DNA from: Toensbergia leucococca
Lineage: Eukaryota
Length of the DNA: 64,000 nucleotides
Direction: 5' to 3'
Assembly: GCA_022813965.1 (NCBI GenBank)
Contig: JALDZS010000002.1
Coordinates: 124,001 to 188,000 of the forward strand
Both the position numbers and the translations under genes were made by a program. The notes under the pieces are model-generated. The model made no database searches. It was not told the DNA's origin and saw only the letters and a list, made by a program, of their open reading frames with translations. Positions 1 to 12,615 of the stretch are shown piece by piece; position 1 is the stretch's first letter; every line of letters starts with the position of its first letter.

Positions 1-318
1 CCCACCAACCTCCCATCAACCGGCGCCCTGACCGGCTCCCTCCCCATCCCGGCGGCCATCCTCAAGAATCTCTCTTCTGCCATCCAGATCCTGAGCCTCG
101 TCACCACTCTCATCCAACAAGTCCTTGGTGCCGTGCCCTCGAGCGCAAACGTCGGGGGCGTCAGCGCGGTGGCTGGTGGTGATGCCGTGTCGGAGCTTCT
201 CGGGGTACTTGGGGGGATCGAAAAGAGGGATGGGGAGGATGTGCTGGCGAAGTTTCGAGAGGCGGTACAGAGTTTGAATGAGTTGAAGGAGCAGCAGAAG
301 GAGGGGAAGGGGGAGTAA
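1..318 (+). CDS. 3' end of a hypothetical protein truncated by the window edge, possibly secreted
   Basis: Frame +1 is open from base 1 (PTNLPSTGALTGSLPIPAAILKNLSSAIQILSLVTTLIQQVLGAVPSS...IEKRDGEDVLAKF...KGE*) to TAA at 316-318. It contains a KR dibasic site. Confidence 0.6.
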   Translation, partial: PTNLPSTGALTGSLPIPAAILKNLSSAIQILSLVTTLIQQVLGAVPSSANVGGVSAVAGGDAVSELLGVLGGIEKRDGEDVLAKFREAVQSLNELKEQQKEGKGE

Positions 319-718
319 GGGAGGGGTTGGTGGTTGTGAGATTAGATGTGGTAAGAGTGGGAGTCGTGTTTTTTGGAGACATTGAAAAGTGGACTTGATA
401 TTGGGTGGAGTGGCATGGAATGGGTATGGCTTGCTTTCCCGAGCGGTTGGCTTTCCTGTTGAGGGCGAGTTTTGTTCTTTTCTTGGTGGTTTTGGTAATG
501 GACGAGGTTTGAAAAAGTGGTTCTAGCATTTTTATAGACGAGATGGGCTGTGCCTGATCCTTCGCTCTTTCAATTCATCGATGATTCCAAAAAACACTTG
601 ACACTTGATTTTGTTTTATTTGATGCAATCGAGTATATACAAACCTCATCTATCATCATCCCACCCATCCAAATCCGCCATCCCAATAACAAAACACATA
701 TCATACTCAACTCCAGAA

Positions 719-2616
719 TTACCACCCGCCCCCAATCTTCCCCGCAAGCTCCACCACCCTCTCCATCCCACCCCCCTCCCTCCCCACCGAACTCTCCACC
801 TCCCGGAAACTGGTAAAGACCAGTTTCCGCACCTCGATGCCCGTGGACGCTGCCCAATGATCTAGGATTCCACGCACATAGGATGGAGAAATGCCATCGA
901 TGAGGTGTTCGGGTGTTCGGGTTTCCGAGAGCATGTTGACATCGGTGTGGTTGTTCATGGTAGTGTCTTCGTTATCATCCTGCTGGTCGTCGTCGTCTTC
1001 GTCGTCGGGGTCCGACATGGAGAAATAAGCTTCGTCGACTTTGGCTAACCATTCCTTTTGGCATTGCGCGACTGTTTGCTTTCCGTTCAAGCCGCCTATA
1101 TCTTCGACTTTGATCTGGCCCCCTCCGTTGGTGCAGCCGCCGGGGCAGGCCATAACTTCCACGTAAGCGAAGTCGGCGCCACTCTTGCCCGCTGCTGGAG
1201 CGGCAGCTCTGGCGCTTCTCGTGCCACCGGGCAATCTACTTTTTTTTGTCGGTTTGAGTTTGCGGACCAGGTTTTGGATGTTACGGAAGCCGTAGTAACG
1301 GGCCGCTTTGAATATTTCGGCATTGTTGTGCTCGAGGATGTATTCCATGACGTCGGGGTTGCGACCGCGGGTGGTGTGGATGGTGCTACCTGGGTGAAGC
1401 GATTGCTGGGTTAGAAGGAGGTGATGCAGGTAGCCACCTGAAGAGCCGGCTGGCAGGGATGAGGTGCGCTTTCTTCGCATGGGAGGGAAGAGAAAAGTAT
1501 TTAGTTTGGGATCGGGGAAGGGGATACGAGTGGATTGGGAGAGGGGCCGGCGGGGTAGAGATGGAAAACTGATGCCTCGGGTTTCAGCTAGCATGAGGAG
1601 TTCGCGGGCGGTGATGACACAGTCGACGTCCCGGACTGAAGGTCTGGTTTTCGTGGGCGAGGTTTCGTGCCAGTAGACATCTGTCAGTTCTTCTCGGGAG
1701 GCTTCGAGTTTCTTGTCGAAGCAGGGCATTATGGCGACGTGCCAGATTCGATCTGGAGGTATGTGGAGGCGTTCACTAAGAACAGTCTTGAGGAGAGTAC
1801 CGGTGAGGGCTTGTGGTGATTTGAGACGGGAGAGATGGGGGAGGATGTGCGGGTGCGTCTTTTCGGCATAGCATATCCAGCCTGGGCAAGCGGAAGTAAG
1901 AATAGGCTTTTTGGGCTTCGTTGCTGAGGCTCCTTCGTGGCTTATAGGTTCTTGGACGTCATAGATTGAGAGGGAGTCCATCACCTCGTCGGCACCGACG
2001 ACCAAGCAAGCTTCCCTCATTGCGTTTGTGTCAACTACCCATGTAAAGCCATTCCGATATTTCCCTCCTGATCTCAATCCATCCGGTCCGCTGAGTAATT
2101 GATCCATCATCCAGCCGGCTTTCTTTTCGGACACTCCATATGTAGCTGCCAAGCTTGCTCGTACTTGTGGACTAACACTGGCCACGAATACCTTGCCAGT
2201 GTCACATTCAACATTTGCTCCACACGTATGATCACATTTTACTTCGGGTGTGTGTGCTTCTCGTAGTCGAGAAGGAGGTAGTGAAGGGTGTTCGTCCAGG
2301 GTGTTGAGGACTTCGGAGTGAGACTGGAGGGACACAAGTATTGCTTCTGCAGAGGTCACGCATCCTGAACAGGCCAGACAGTCGGTCAAGGATATCTGAG
2401 CAGGCGGTAGCTTCTCAGGCGGAAGTTTGTCTTCTGTCGTGACCTCGTATGCGTACTAGATTCCCCAAATCAGCACAGAAGCAAAGTAGGGTGACAGGTC
2501 GAGCATACGTCCTGTTCTTGCGGCTTCTGCAGTGGTAGGGTCTCAACGGGTTTGATACAAGCTACTCCAGGTGAGATGAAATCGTTTAGATCATCGGCAG
2601 AGAGAATTGCGCTCAT
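719..2616 (-). CDS. NAR1: Cytosolic Fe-S cluster assembly factor Nar1 (Fe-only hydrogenase-like), 2 exons
   Basis: N-terminus [23 protein letters not shown]. Intron 2508-2456 (GTATGC...TAG). Motifs [45 protein letters not shown] and a C-terminal Trp (GGGW). Confidence 0.96.
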
Positions 2617-3068
2617 TATACCGTCAGAGGCAGTATCAGCATTTACGAAGGCAGGATAAGACAAGACAGGCGATAGAACTATTTGTACAGTGTGGTCACC
2701 GTCTAACATCAAAAAAAGTGTCTTAACAATTTCATAAATTGACAAACTCTCTTTATCAAGCCCGATTATCGGCGTGTTCGGTGGCGTCCGAGGCAGTAGA
2801 ATATTCTAATCGGCAGAATTGGTGGAAAACATCATCAAAGTCCTCATTGGCCCTTGCATTCACCACTCTAAACCCCTATTCTAATTCAGCCACTCCATCT
2901 CAGCTACGATTCTCGAGTATTTAATGTTGCTCGGCATTGATCGACAGGTTTGTGTGCTCCTACCTGATCTGACTCGTGATGACTATTCTACTCGTACTCG
3001 TCACAATCAGAGGCTTGCCGATATGAAAAGATAGAAGGACTTACTAGTTACTCCCGTCACAAGCGGTT

Positions 3069-4181
3069 TCAATGCATTTTGACAAGCTCTTCTACCGTCT
3101 TCTCAATAACCCTAGCCATTTCCGTCCCCTCCTTCCAAATCTCATGATGGCGCCCTTTCACCAAGATAACGAAATCATTCTGCTTTTGATTCCCACCTTC
3201 CATTTCCCAAGCTTCCGCCATTTTGTCCACCTGCGCCCACTCCACCAGCTCATCCTCCTTGCTGTGCGCTATATACGCCACTCTCTCCCCTCTCCAAGTC
3301 TCACAATACTTTCCAGTGACTGGACTCGCCTGTTCCCAAAGCCCTTCATCTTCCATCCCAAAAGCGCCCTCTATAAATGTCTGATAAGATGACTGGTCCA
3401 AATGATTATCCCGTAATGCTTTCAAGTCATAGATACCCTCCACGCCCAAGATCCCCTTTGGTAATTCCACGTGCACATTCCCCAGGCCCATGCCCACCTG
3501 GAACGCCATTGTAGCCCCACAGCTATGCCCCACAAGCAGGTACCTTTGCCCGAACCCGTACCGCGCCTGCAACCACGCGATAGCCGTCAGAACATCTTCA
3601 ATGTGGCTCGGATGTTTCGCATTGCGCGATGGATCATTGGGCGAGCTGGGGTGTGAAGGGTGGGAGGGGTAAGGAGAGAGACGGTAATTTAGAGAAGCGA
3701 CGGCAGCAATGTTGGGATTCTGTCCACTGGATAATAGACGCAGGATAGTAGGCACGACGGAGGCAGAGTCTAAAAGGGGGTCGCGCCAGGCGCCGCCATG
3801 GATATAGCTAGGAGAGGTCAGCGTTAGCATGAAAGGGACGGATGTGATCGAGTAGGTTGCCAGGGGTGTCTGGGTACGAAAGAGGATAACGAAATCCAAT
3901 GGTGCTGTGAAATGTTGAGGAGGAGAGACTAGTAGGACAAAGTAGAGAGAAGTGGGGCTCAAAGACGAACTTGGGAAGAATCATTCCGCCCGTTGAGCGG
4001 GCGGTGTTGAGAAGATAATAGGAGAGAAGAATGGGTACATTATCCAGTATTTAGAGGTATCTTTAGGATCAAGAGGGCGAGGGAAATGGATATCGAGGGT
4101 ATTGAGAGAAGAAAGCGATGAATAGGGGATGTTGAGGAGTTGAGTAGGTATACTACTTGGATTTGGGTCGGGTGACGACAT
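3069..4181 (-). CDS. BNA7: Kynurenine formamidase / alpha-beta hydrolase, 2 exons
   Basis: Exon 1 MSSPDPNP...KYWI. Intron 4038-3808. Exon 2 has YIHGGAWRDP, LNYRLSP, GHSCG nucleophile elbow, EGIYDL, HSKEDELV and GRHHEIW. Confidence 0.85.
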
Positions 4182-4813
4182 GCTGCGAGAAGGTATTTTT
4201 TTGATTCGATAGAGGTTCTATGTGTATGTGAGAGTAGTCTCATAGTCTGGCCAGAGAAGAGGAAGAAGCATGTGATCAAAATTCAAAAAAGAGGGACTGT
4301 ATGAATATGCAGACACTTCACGTCTCTGGTCAAGACTTAGTATTTGTGCAATCTAGGAGGGGGTAAAGGTGTGCTCGGCATGATAGAAACAATCAAGCAT
4401 CGCAAGATCATACAACAAGGGATAAGTAGCTTTTTGAAGTACGTACATGCCCTATTGTAACAGCATCTTCATGGGGGAAGCACTTTGCCTTTTCAGAGTG
4501 TGTACTCCGTATGACATCAAGGGTTAAGAGTTATCTGAACACTGATGGGTCCGCAAAGGATTGCTTTTCAAAAGCTCATGATGCTGGCTGACGGGGACAA
4601 ATCTGCAATTGGCTCGGCAGAGGCATTTCATGTCAGAGCGGTGAGAGCATCGGCCAACAAATCATGGTGATATAAATTGATATTTAGGCCGTAATTGAGC
4701 AGATCTATCGCCAGACTTTCATCTGAAAAGAAGCCTCGAGTCGCATCAAGACGCATCGACGACAGCCTCAAAAAGAACTAAGTCCTAAGCTTGAGGCCAT
4801 AGAACAAAAAGCC

Positions 4814-5542
4814 ATGGATCGACGTAGCAACTCAGACTACCCTTGTTTTCTACCACCTCCTGGAAAGACACTCCTCAATACTCTTCCTTTGGAGCTGCAA
4901 CAGGAAATACTTCGCTACCTCCTCCTTTGCCATCGCACTATAGATATCAAATCATGCCCCAACACAAAAAACCTCTCTTCCACCAGCCTTTCCATCCTGC
5001 GCGTTTCCAAATCATTTAATTTGCTAGCACTACAGATCCTTTACTCGGAAAACAGATTCCTCTTCTCCTACATGGGCCCAAGTCCAATAGACAAGTACCG
5101 TTCCGATTGTTGGTTGCATCCTGAAGAAGGACACACGGATGGAACTCAAGGCCCCGGTGTGCTCTTGCAGAGGGCTGCGCTCAAGGATCATCTGGCGCAC
5201 TTGGAGGTTGAATTTCTCTTGTACAAGGTCAAGCCGAGTAGACCTCTGTATGTGGAGGGAACCATGGATGTTTTGGAGAATATGCAGGGCTTGAGGAGCG
5301 TGAAGATAAAGTTGTGGCATGGCTTTTTCCATACTCCTGAATTGGGGCCCGAGGGCTTCGGTGGCGATCTGCTCCGTCGAGTGGAGCTCCAGCTCGGTCA
5401 CGTAAAAGAGGTCACGGTGATTTATCTTCAATCCCTCGAGTACAACAGTGTCCGCGACCATGACAGTGGCTCTTGGCTCGCTACGAAGTTGCAAGAAAGA
5501 AATTCGGCTTGGGCTCAGGCGAATGCTCTGAAAAATGGGTGA
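4814..5542 (+). CDS. Hypothetical protein with F-box-like N-terminal motif
   Basis: 242-aa ORF. LNTLPLELQQEILRYLL followed by LSILRVSK...ALQILYSENRFLF is a pattern common in ascomycete hypothetical proteins. Confidence 0.7.
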   Translation: MDRRSNSDYPCFLPPPGKTLLNTLPLELQQEILRYLLLCHRTIDIKSCPNTKNLSSTSLSILRVSKSFNLLALQILYSENRFLFSYMGPSPIDKYRSDCWLHPEEGHTDGTQGPGVLLQRAALKDHLAHLEVEFLLYKVKPSRPLYVEGTMDVLENMQGLRSVKIKLWHGFFHTPELGPEGFGGDLLRRVELQLGHVKEVTVIYLQSLEYNSVRDHDSGSWLATKLQERNSAWAQANALKNG

Positions 5543-5851
5543 ATAATTCGCTATGTGTTCGATCGGCGCAGCGGATACCCAGCCCAAGATTCGCACGACG
5601 AAACGATTGAGAAAAGGCAATACATGCTTTCTTCCTGATCAGAAGAACTTTGCACAACATAAGCACTTTTCTGAGGAATAATGAGAATGACCGTCGGAGT
5701 ATTGGGAGCATTGCAATGCCCGCTCTGCTTTTCCTTTCAACAGCCCACCACGACCTACGCCCTCTGGAACGCCATCCATGCATCTGTTTGGTTGCAAAAC
5801 TTCATTATACAGGAAAAGTCAATATTTACCCCTTTTCCGCAGGATCTTCCC

Positions 5852-7133
5852 CTATGATTCCATGTCCCCTGGCAAAAGATTACCCTTCACGACAAACATC
5901 TTCGACGTCACCCCTGCGGTGAATCCATCAACCTGCCTCGCATACTGCTCCACTTGTCTCGAATTTAGTAGCACCTCCAACCGATTCGGCTCCTGTGGTA
6001 GTTTGAACAATCTCGTCCACTCATCCTCGGGTAGAGGTGATTGTTTGGCGAGCACTCGCGACGTATTTTCTGCCTTGCGCTTCTGCTGCCAAGCGGTTAT
6101 TTTGGCTTGTTCGCGGGCTAATTGGCGGTGATAGTATTGGTGGTTGTTGAGTTCTGTATGGTGAGATTCGATGCTTTCAAGGAGGAGGTCGCAGGTTTTC
6201 TCGAGGAACGGGTCGATGCTTAGATCGAGTGAATCGAAATTAGGGTAAAGGGGGGATTGAACAGAAATAGATGAGAGGGACGTGGGGAATGGGAGGGAGG
6301 ACGAAGGCGTCGGAGATGGTAATTGGTGAAGGAGGGATGTGAGGAGGTGAGAGTTGTGGATTTGAAGAGGAAGTTCGATGAGGATATCTTGGTAGCGGAG
6401 GTTAGATTTCTGGAGACTAGTGGCATGTTAGGAAACTCAGAAAGAAGGAATTAGGATGGAAAGCCTCACCTCTCCGTTGTGAACTTGCCCTCCTTGTAAG
6501 CGGCCATAAACGCTGCCGACAGCCGAAAAGCCCTCAAGCTCAAACTTCCCTGCGCGCTCCGCCCTACATCATGCACCAGCGCCACCGTCCGCTCATTGAG
6601 CTCTTTTTGATAATAATACTGATTCTCCACCATGTTCAAGTTGACAAAATTGCCCACATTGGCACTAGTATACCAGCCCACGTTGTTAGCATCGACATTC
6701 ACCTCGCGCAGCTTGCGGATCATGTCGATCTGGTAAGCGGCGTTTGATTTGGCGCGGGGGGCGGCGCCGGCGAGGTTTGCGGCTGCGGTAGCGGCATTGC
6801 TACTATTGTTGTCGTGGTGGGTATTTTCTGGGGTGGGCAGCTCGATGGTGGGGAACGGGAAAGAGTTTGTGAGTTGGAGCGTTGAGGCGCTGTCCATGCC
6901 GACGAGGAAGCCTGTGGCGGGCGTGGGGAAGGTTTGGGAGCAGTGCTTTATTACTTTCATGACGACCTGCGAATGTTGGGGAGGGAAAATTAGTGGCTTT
7001 GGGGTTTGAGAGAGAGGAGCGTACTTACCAGGGCTTCGACTTGGACGGCCTTTAAAGGGCTGTCTTTCCTGGGAGACTGTTAGTATGGTTGTGGAGGTGA
7101 GGGATGAGGGGTGACTTACGCTGTTTCTGCCAT
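5852..7133 (-). CDS. eIF3h: Translation initiation factor eIF3 subunit H (MPN domain), about 4 exons
   Basis: ATG at 7133 and short 5' exons (AVQVEAL). Then VVMKVIKHC...GFLVGMD...[16 protein letters not shown]...[21 protein letters not shown]. Last exon [16 protein letters not shown]...[21 protein letters not shown]...[11 protein letters not shown]...KMF. Confidence 0.93.
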
Positions 7134-7435
7134 ACTTGTGGTACGATCGAAAGTTGTGCGTGTTTTAGTAGGCTGTTGATCTCGTCGTGCTACTGATTTT
7201 CTTGGGTTGTGGATCTGTGCGAAGATAAAATTGTCCGATTACGGGCTAGCGCCTGGATTATAGGGCTCGCTAGAAGTAAGGTAAGAGGTAGGTACTTGTA
7301 CCCAGTCAGGAGTCAGGGTCAATGAGTATCTTAAATTCCTACCCCTAAATCTAACCTCTATCTAAGATTCCATTCTAACGCCCAAAATGAATTCGCAATC
7401 CACAATGCTCCATAGTGCTGTAGGACTGTCAGAAT

Positions 7436-9263
7436 TCAATGCACGAGATAAATTCTACCCTCATAAGCACTCAAGGTTTCCCCTGGAGACTCAACATTGC
7501 TCATCACTAGCTTGAGTTCCCCACTCAACGTCTTTGGTTTCTCGAACGAACACGGCGTCTCCGTGAAATTGAGCGTGACCAACGCACGCTCTCCCTTGAA
7601 CGCCTTAATATACGTAAATGTCGATCCGTTCTCATAATCAAGGATTTCGAACGTTCCGTACACAAAGAGATCCCGATGTGTCTTGCGTAGGACAAGCATT
7701 TTCTTCCAAAACGAGAGCACGCTGGAGTTGTCGCCGATTTGCTCTCGAACGTTTATGTTAGTATAGGAGTCCATGACTTTGATCCACGGCGTTCCAGTCG
7801 TGAAACCGGCGTTAGTAGAAGAATCCCAGTGCATGGGAGTTCTAGCGTTATCCCTACCAACCTTTTGAATTGCCTTGACTGCTTTTGCGAGGGCCGCCTT
7901 GTCCCCGTTGCTTTGTTGATGAACCATTTTGTGGTAATTCTTAGCTTCAATGCATTGGTAGTCATCAATATCCCATTCCTTTGGGCAATTTATCATACCT
8001 ATTTCTTGACCTTCGTAGATGAAAAGCGTGCCGGTCAGTGTCGCGAGCATCATAGCGAGTAATTTGCCGGAGACAGCACGGTACTTTGGGTCGTCGGATG
8101 CGAAACGAGAGATGGATCTTGCTTGATCATGATTCTCCAAAAATACACTCGTCCATCCACCTTCGCCTACGATACTTTGTGCTTTCAAAAAAGCTTTCTT
8201 CATCCCTACCAACGGAAACGACTTTGTCTGATATTTCCACGTTGCCCCCTGCCCAAGGTCAACTGGAAAAATGTCAGCTAGACTCGGATTTGAGGGAGTT
8301 GGTTGATAGACTGACCGACGTCAAAATCAAAGACCATCCCAAGTTGCTTATCATTAGGGTGAACATAAGAAAGGACATCCTTGAGGTTCGGCGTGGATGG
8401 ACACTCGCCTACAGTCATAATGTCACCGTATTTTGATGTGACTTGTGCCATTTCTCTCAGCCACTCATGCATGCGTGGTCCATTGCAATAATGCATAAAG
8501 GCATTTTGCCATTCTGAGTTGGGATCGGTGATTGGTGCATCAGGAAACTCAATGTTCTTGCTGTACAGGTTTACGGTATCAACCCTGAAGCCGTCAATCC
8601 CTCTATCAAGCCAGAACTTCATTGAGGTATCATAAATTGCTTTGCGCGTATCTTCATTTTCCCAATTCAGGTCCGGCTGCTGGGTAACGAAGAGATGAAG
8701 GTAATATTCTTGAGTAATTTCATCCCATTCCCACGCGCTCCCACCGAAGATACTGCGCCAATTGTTGGGCGGCTTCCTTTCACCCTTCTCGGTATACTTT
8801 GCAGGCCGCCAGATATACCAATCCCGCTTGCTACTATGTTTTGAAGATCTCGATTCCTTGAACCAAGCATGCTCGTAAGAGGTGTGGTTTATAACGAGGT
8901 CAAAAATGATCCGCAGTCCTCGGTCATGGCAAGCTTTTATGAGCGCTTCGGCGTCTTCGACGGTACCGAACGGGGGATACACAGTCTCGTAATTCCTGAT
9001 ATCGTAGCCCATGTCGAATTGAGGAGAATCATACATTGGGCATATCCAGAGTGTGTCGATTCCGAGATTCTTGAGGTAGTCTAGTTTCCCTATGATCCCA
9101 CGCAGGTCGCCCAGGCCATTTCCTGTGGTATCGGCGAAACTTGACGGATAGATCTAGACGTTTGGTCAATTGCAAGTCACTTTGCTAGAATTGAGTACTA
9201 GCAAAAAGTTCTTACCTGATATACAACACCATCCTTCCACCAATTTCGCTGAGTAATCGTCAT
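7436..9263 (-). CDS. GH13 alpha-glucosidase (maltase / oligo-1,6-glucosidase family), 3 exons
   Basis: WWKDGVVYQ|IYPSSF, DMGYDI, DLVINHTS, catalytic GFRVDTVN, TVGEC and ENHD, GRDNARTPMHW. Introns near 9155-9216 and 8264-8315. Confidence 0.95.
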
Positions 9264-12200
9264 AGTATCTGATTCCTGATTAGTTCCGCCATCTAAGAAA
9301 GATCAGCTTGAGGGTAGATCAATTGAGCGTACTGCAGCTCGGTTTTTGCCTCGTTGCAGAGTGTATTCACAAGTTCTTGGATTGCTGTTTGCCAGATAAG
9401 GATAGAAAGAACTCTTGAGCGAGTGGGCATGACATTCATAGTGAGGGCTCGATTTATGTAGGTCCGTCCTCGCTCAAATTCAACCTCGCTTGAGCAGACC
9501 GACTCACATGTTTCGTCATTTGTGATGAGGTGGATATGCAAGCAGGCCCCTAGAAAGTCATCACGCATAAAAGCATAAGGGCCTGTCAACCATGTGACAA
9601 GATCCAGCGAGGAATTGAGCGAAGATGTCGGCGATTATATACGATATTGAATGTATCGTGAGCTTCGCTATCTTTCACACACAGCTTTCTCTTGCGTATC
9701 ACAAGGCGCCCAATCCGCCTTAGCCATCCCGATCGAAATTTATCTACTCAGTCGAATTCGATGATGTAGAGATGTTGTGATGCGCTGTAGTGATCTTGTG
9801 ATTTGATCAGTTTTCAAATGAACAGTTCATTGTAATGTATTATTCATCTTGTTATAGGTACCTAGGTAATGTACTTTTTGGTGTTGAATAGTGGCTGGTA
9901 GAGTGGTAGATACGCTGATAGGTAACCCCTGATATGCATGAGGGTAAACCATGATATATTGATGAAGAGGTACCTATTTCAAATAGAAAGTGGTCTCAGA
10001 CTCTCATGAGGGTTATTTGAACCTCGTAATACCTTACTTATCATCGACCAAAGAGAGGGAGTTACCTGTTCTGCACTATCTTTGAATAACGAGCGTGCGA
10101 GGTGACGAAGAGATTTCTATGAATGCAGCATGATCAATCTTATCTCATATCGGCTGACTCATCAGAGAACAATCACTGTATCTTAAATATCTACTCTAAT
10201 GACCTGTCTCTGAGCGCAGATAAGATACGAGTATCTGTGCCGAGAAACCATCATGAAGAAAGGGGCCTTCAAGACGGACTGCAGATGAAGATGAATATGA
10301 AAATGAGCGAGAAGAGGCTAATATCGTTCAATGCTGTGGCTCGGATCATTCAACGACGTCTTTACTGTTGAACGGACGACTTGGAATTGTTCTCGAGATG
10401 TTTGATGCCATCGATTAGTTGCTCATAGCCAGTTGATACAATGGGTACTTCTGAAAAATCTGTCTCGATGACAATCACTCTTGAAATGAGCATGGTATCA
10501 ATGGATTGCTCCAATATCTTAAGACCAAATGTCGAGTGAGCCATCTGCTTGTCACGCCTGTGCTTCCTTTGTTAGAGAGCTGAGCTGAGTCTGCTGAAGA
10601 TTGAGACTGAGACCGAGGAAGAGATGGCCCTGAGTATCTCCATACCACTTGCTGACATAACGAGCGGACTCTAGTTGATGCCTGACGCAGAAAAATACAT
10701 GATTACAAATGTATCAACGTCCGACCAGACTCAAAAGATGTAGATAGTGAAGCCAGTTTGTTGACCACCTTCGACAGTCGTTGACGGAGCCAGATGATCT
10801 TCAAGATCACTCTTAGCTTCCCGGCTTCTCTTCTTTCAGTGCTGACAGGTATCACGACAAGAATTGAATTCACAGCACGTAGTTGCTATTACGTACCGCA
10901 GTGTCTCAAAATACCAGCACCTGGACCATGGTCTCGTCATGAACGTGTCGGGCCGTTGATTGCAGAAGGGCCCAAACGTAGTAGATTGTAAATCTAGGTT
11001 TGGGCGCAGATTCTACCCAGGGTCCCTTGAAGCAAGGTATCGTTAGGCAAACGCTAGTTTTCAGGACTCAGCTTTCCAAGGCATGAGTTCAAGCAGTGCA
11101 ACACTCTAGGACGGGACTGAGCCAGACTATCTCGTGTCCACAAAGTAGGAAGATAGAGAAACGAGGTTTATACTAGGTACTGGACTCGTGGAATTGGAAG
11201 GAGGCTTGAGTGCTGGGTTAAAAGAAGAACGTGTGTCAAAAATTACCGTACTCAGTAGGTGATCGTCAAGGGTCCAAAGTTCTTAATAGGGTTTGCCCGT
11301 TCTTTTCACTTGCCTTTTCCCTGCATGAGGTAGATGATAGAAGCACTTCCGACGCCAGATCGAAGTGGAAATGGCGATCGAATTTTGGGAATGCCATCGA
11401 TGAGGACATACCTCACTTCAGCGCTAGCCCTGAAACGAATAGGCGTCATCCTCTGAGTTCTTGAGGGCAAATTTAAGTTGAGGTACGTAGGTTTTCGAAG
11501 GTCGCGGTCAATTGTCACTCGTGATGAGGTTTCATTGTTACGATCACGTAAAAGAAGAAAATGCCTCTTTGCAAGAGCAGCAGACTCGGAGTCTATCGTA
11601 TCAGTCTGGCTCACATCCATGTCAGGGTCCAAGGTCAAGTAGACTGCGAGCCACCAACAAGTCACTGGGACATCACGCGGAAAGCCCTACCGATGCGTCG
11701 AGCTCATTGGGCAGGGCCAGCAGTCCGGAAGATGATCATGCGAGATGAAAATCGCATGTTACGGAGCCATGTCCGCAAGCCATTCTTTTGCCGCAATCAA
11801 TGCAGAATCAGACTTCAAACCATCAGGGGTTCTCTTCGAGAGATTAGAGGTGGGGTACTCAACGGTCAATCAGAGCCAAGGATAGATCTGGCTTTTGACT
11901 TTGCGCCGTCCGAAGCACATGATATCATGTGCGTTTGAGACAGACCGTCAGCATCGAGCTGGAAGAACAGATGGCAAAAGAAATCAAGAAGCCACTGGAG
12001 CCATAGAATGCAAAGGGACATCAAACGTAGAGTATTTAAACCGAGTCCTGCAGATCATCCTTTGTAGAATAGTGATTGCACGAATCCTCTCGCTTCTCGC
12101 TTGGCGACCCTTGCACGCATGCAAGTCTCAGCATGCGATTGTCAAAAGAATTGCATAATGCCAATTGTGGGCAAGTGAGTTTGATGGATGGAGGAATTGG

Positions 12201-12615
12201 GCGGACTTGCTCCTCGACCCCCTCCCGCAGTCATTCCAGAGGCCTCTGACCAGGTAGTTTGGTAGCTACTATTCAACTAGCTACTTGCCTTCCTCAGCAT
12301 GCCCAAGTGCCTAGGTACCTACCCTCCTACCTAAACTCCATTGCTTGAATCATTCATATCCCTTCGCAATAATCTTTCTTCCATTTCCAACCTCTTCATA
12401 CATATCCTCGGGTCTCGCTGTCGTGCGCCCACTGCATATATTCTACCACTGCCCTTGCATCCCTCCGACAGGAAGCCAGTACTATCTTTGACCTGCTTTG
12501 CTACTGATCAATGCATATGATCTGTCCTGGCTCCACTATCCACATAGCTGCTTGCCGTCAAGCGGATTCGAAAAATTCCAAGTCGCAATAGCGAGGAACA
12601 ACTATCCAATTCATC

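Noticed and set aside
2617..2745. In-frame upstream extension of NAR1 (ATG at 2709)
   Set aside because: The conserved Nar1 start is MSAILS and the extension shows no targeting motif. Probably untranslated.
7243..7253. GGGCTAGC about 110 bp upstream of both eIF3h and PRP31 (31454)
   Set aside because: The motif is short, several chance copies of the 7-mer are expected in 64 kb, and other copies lie in unrelated positions.
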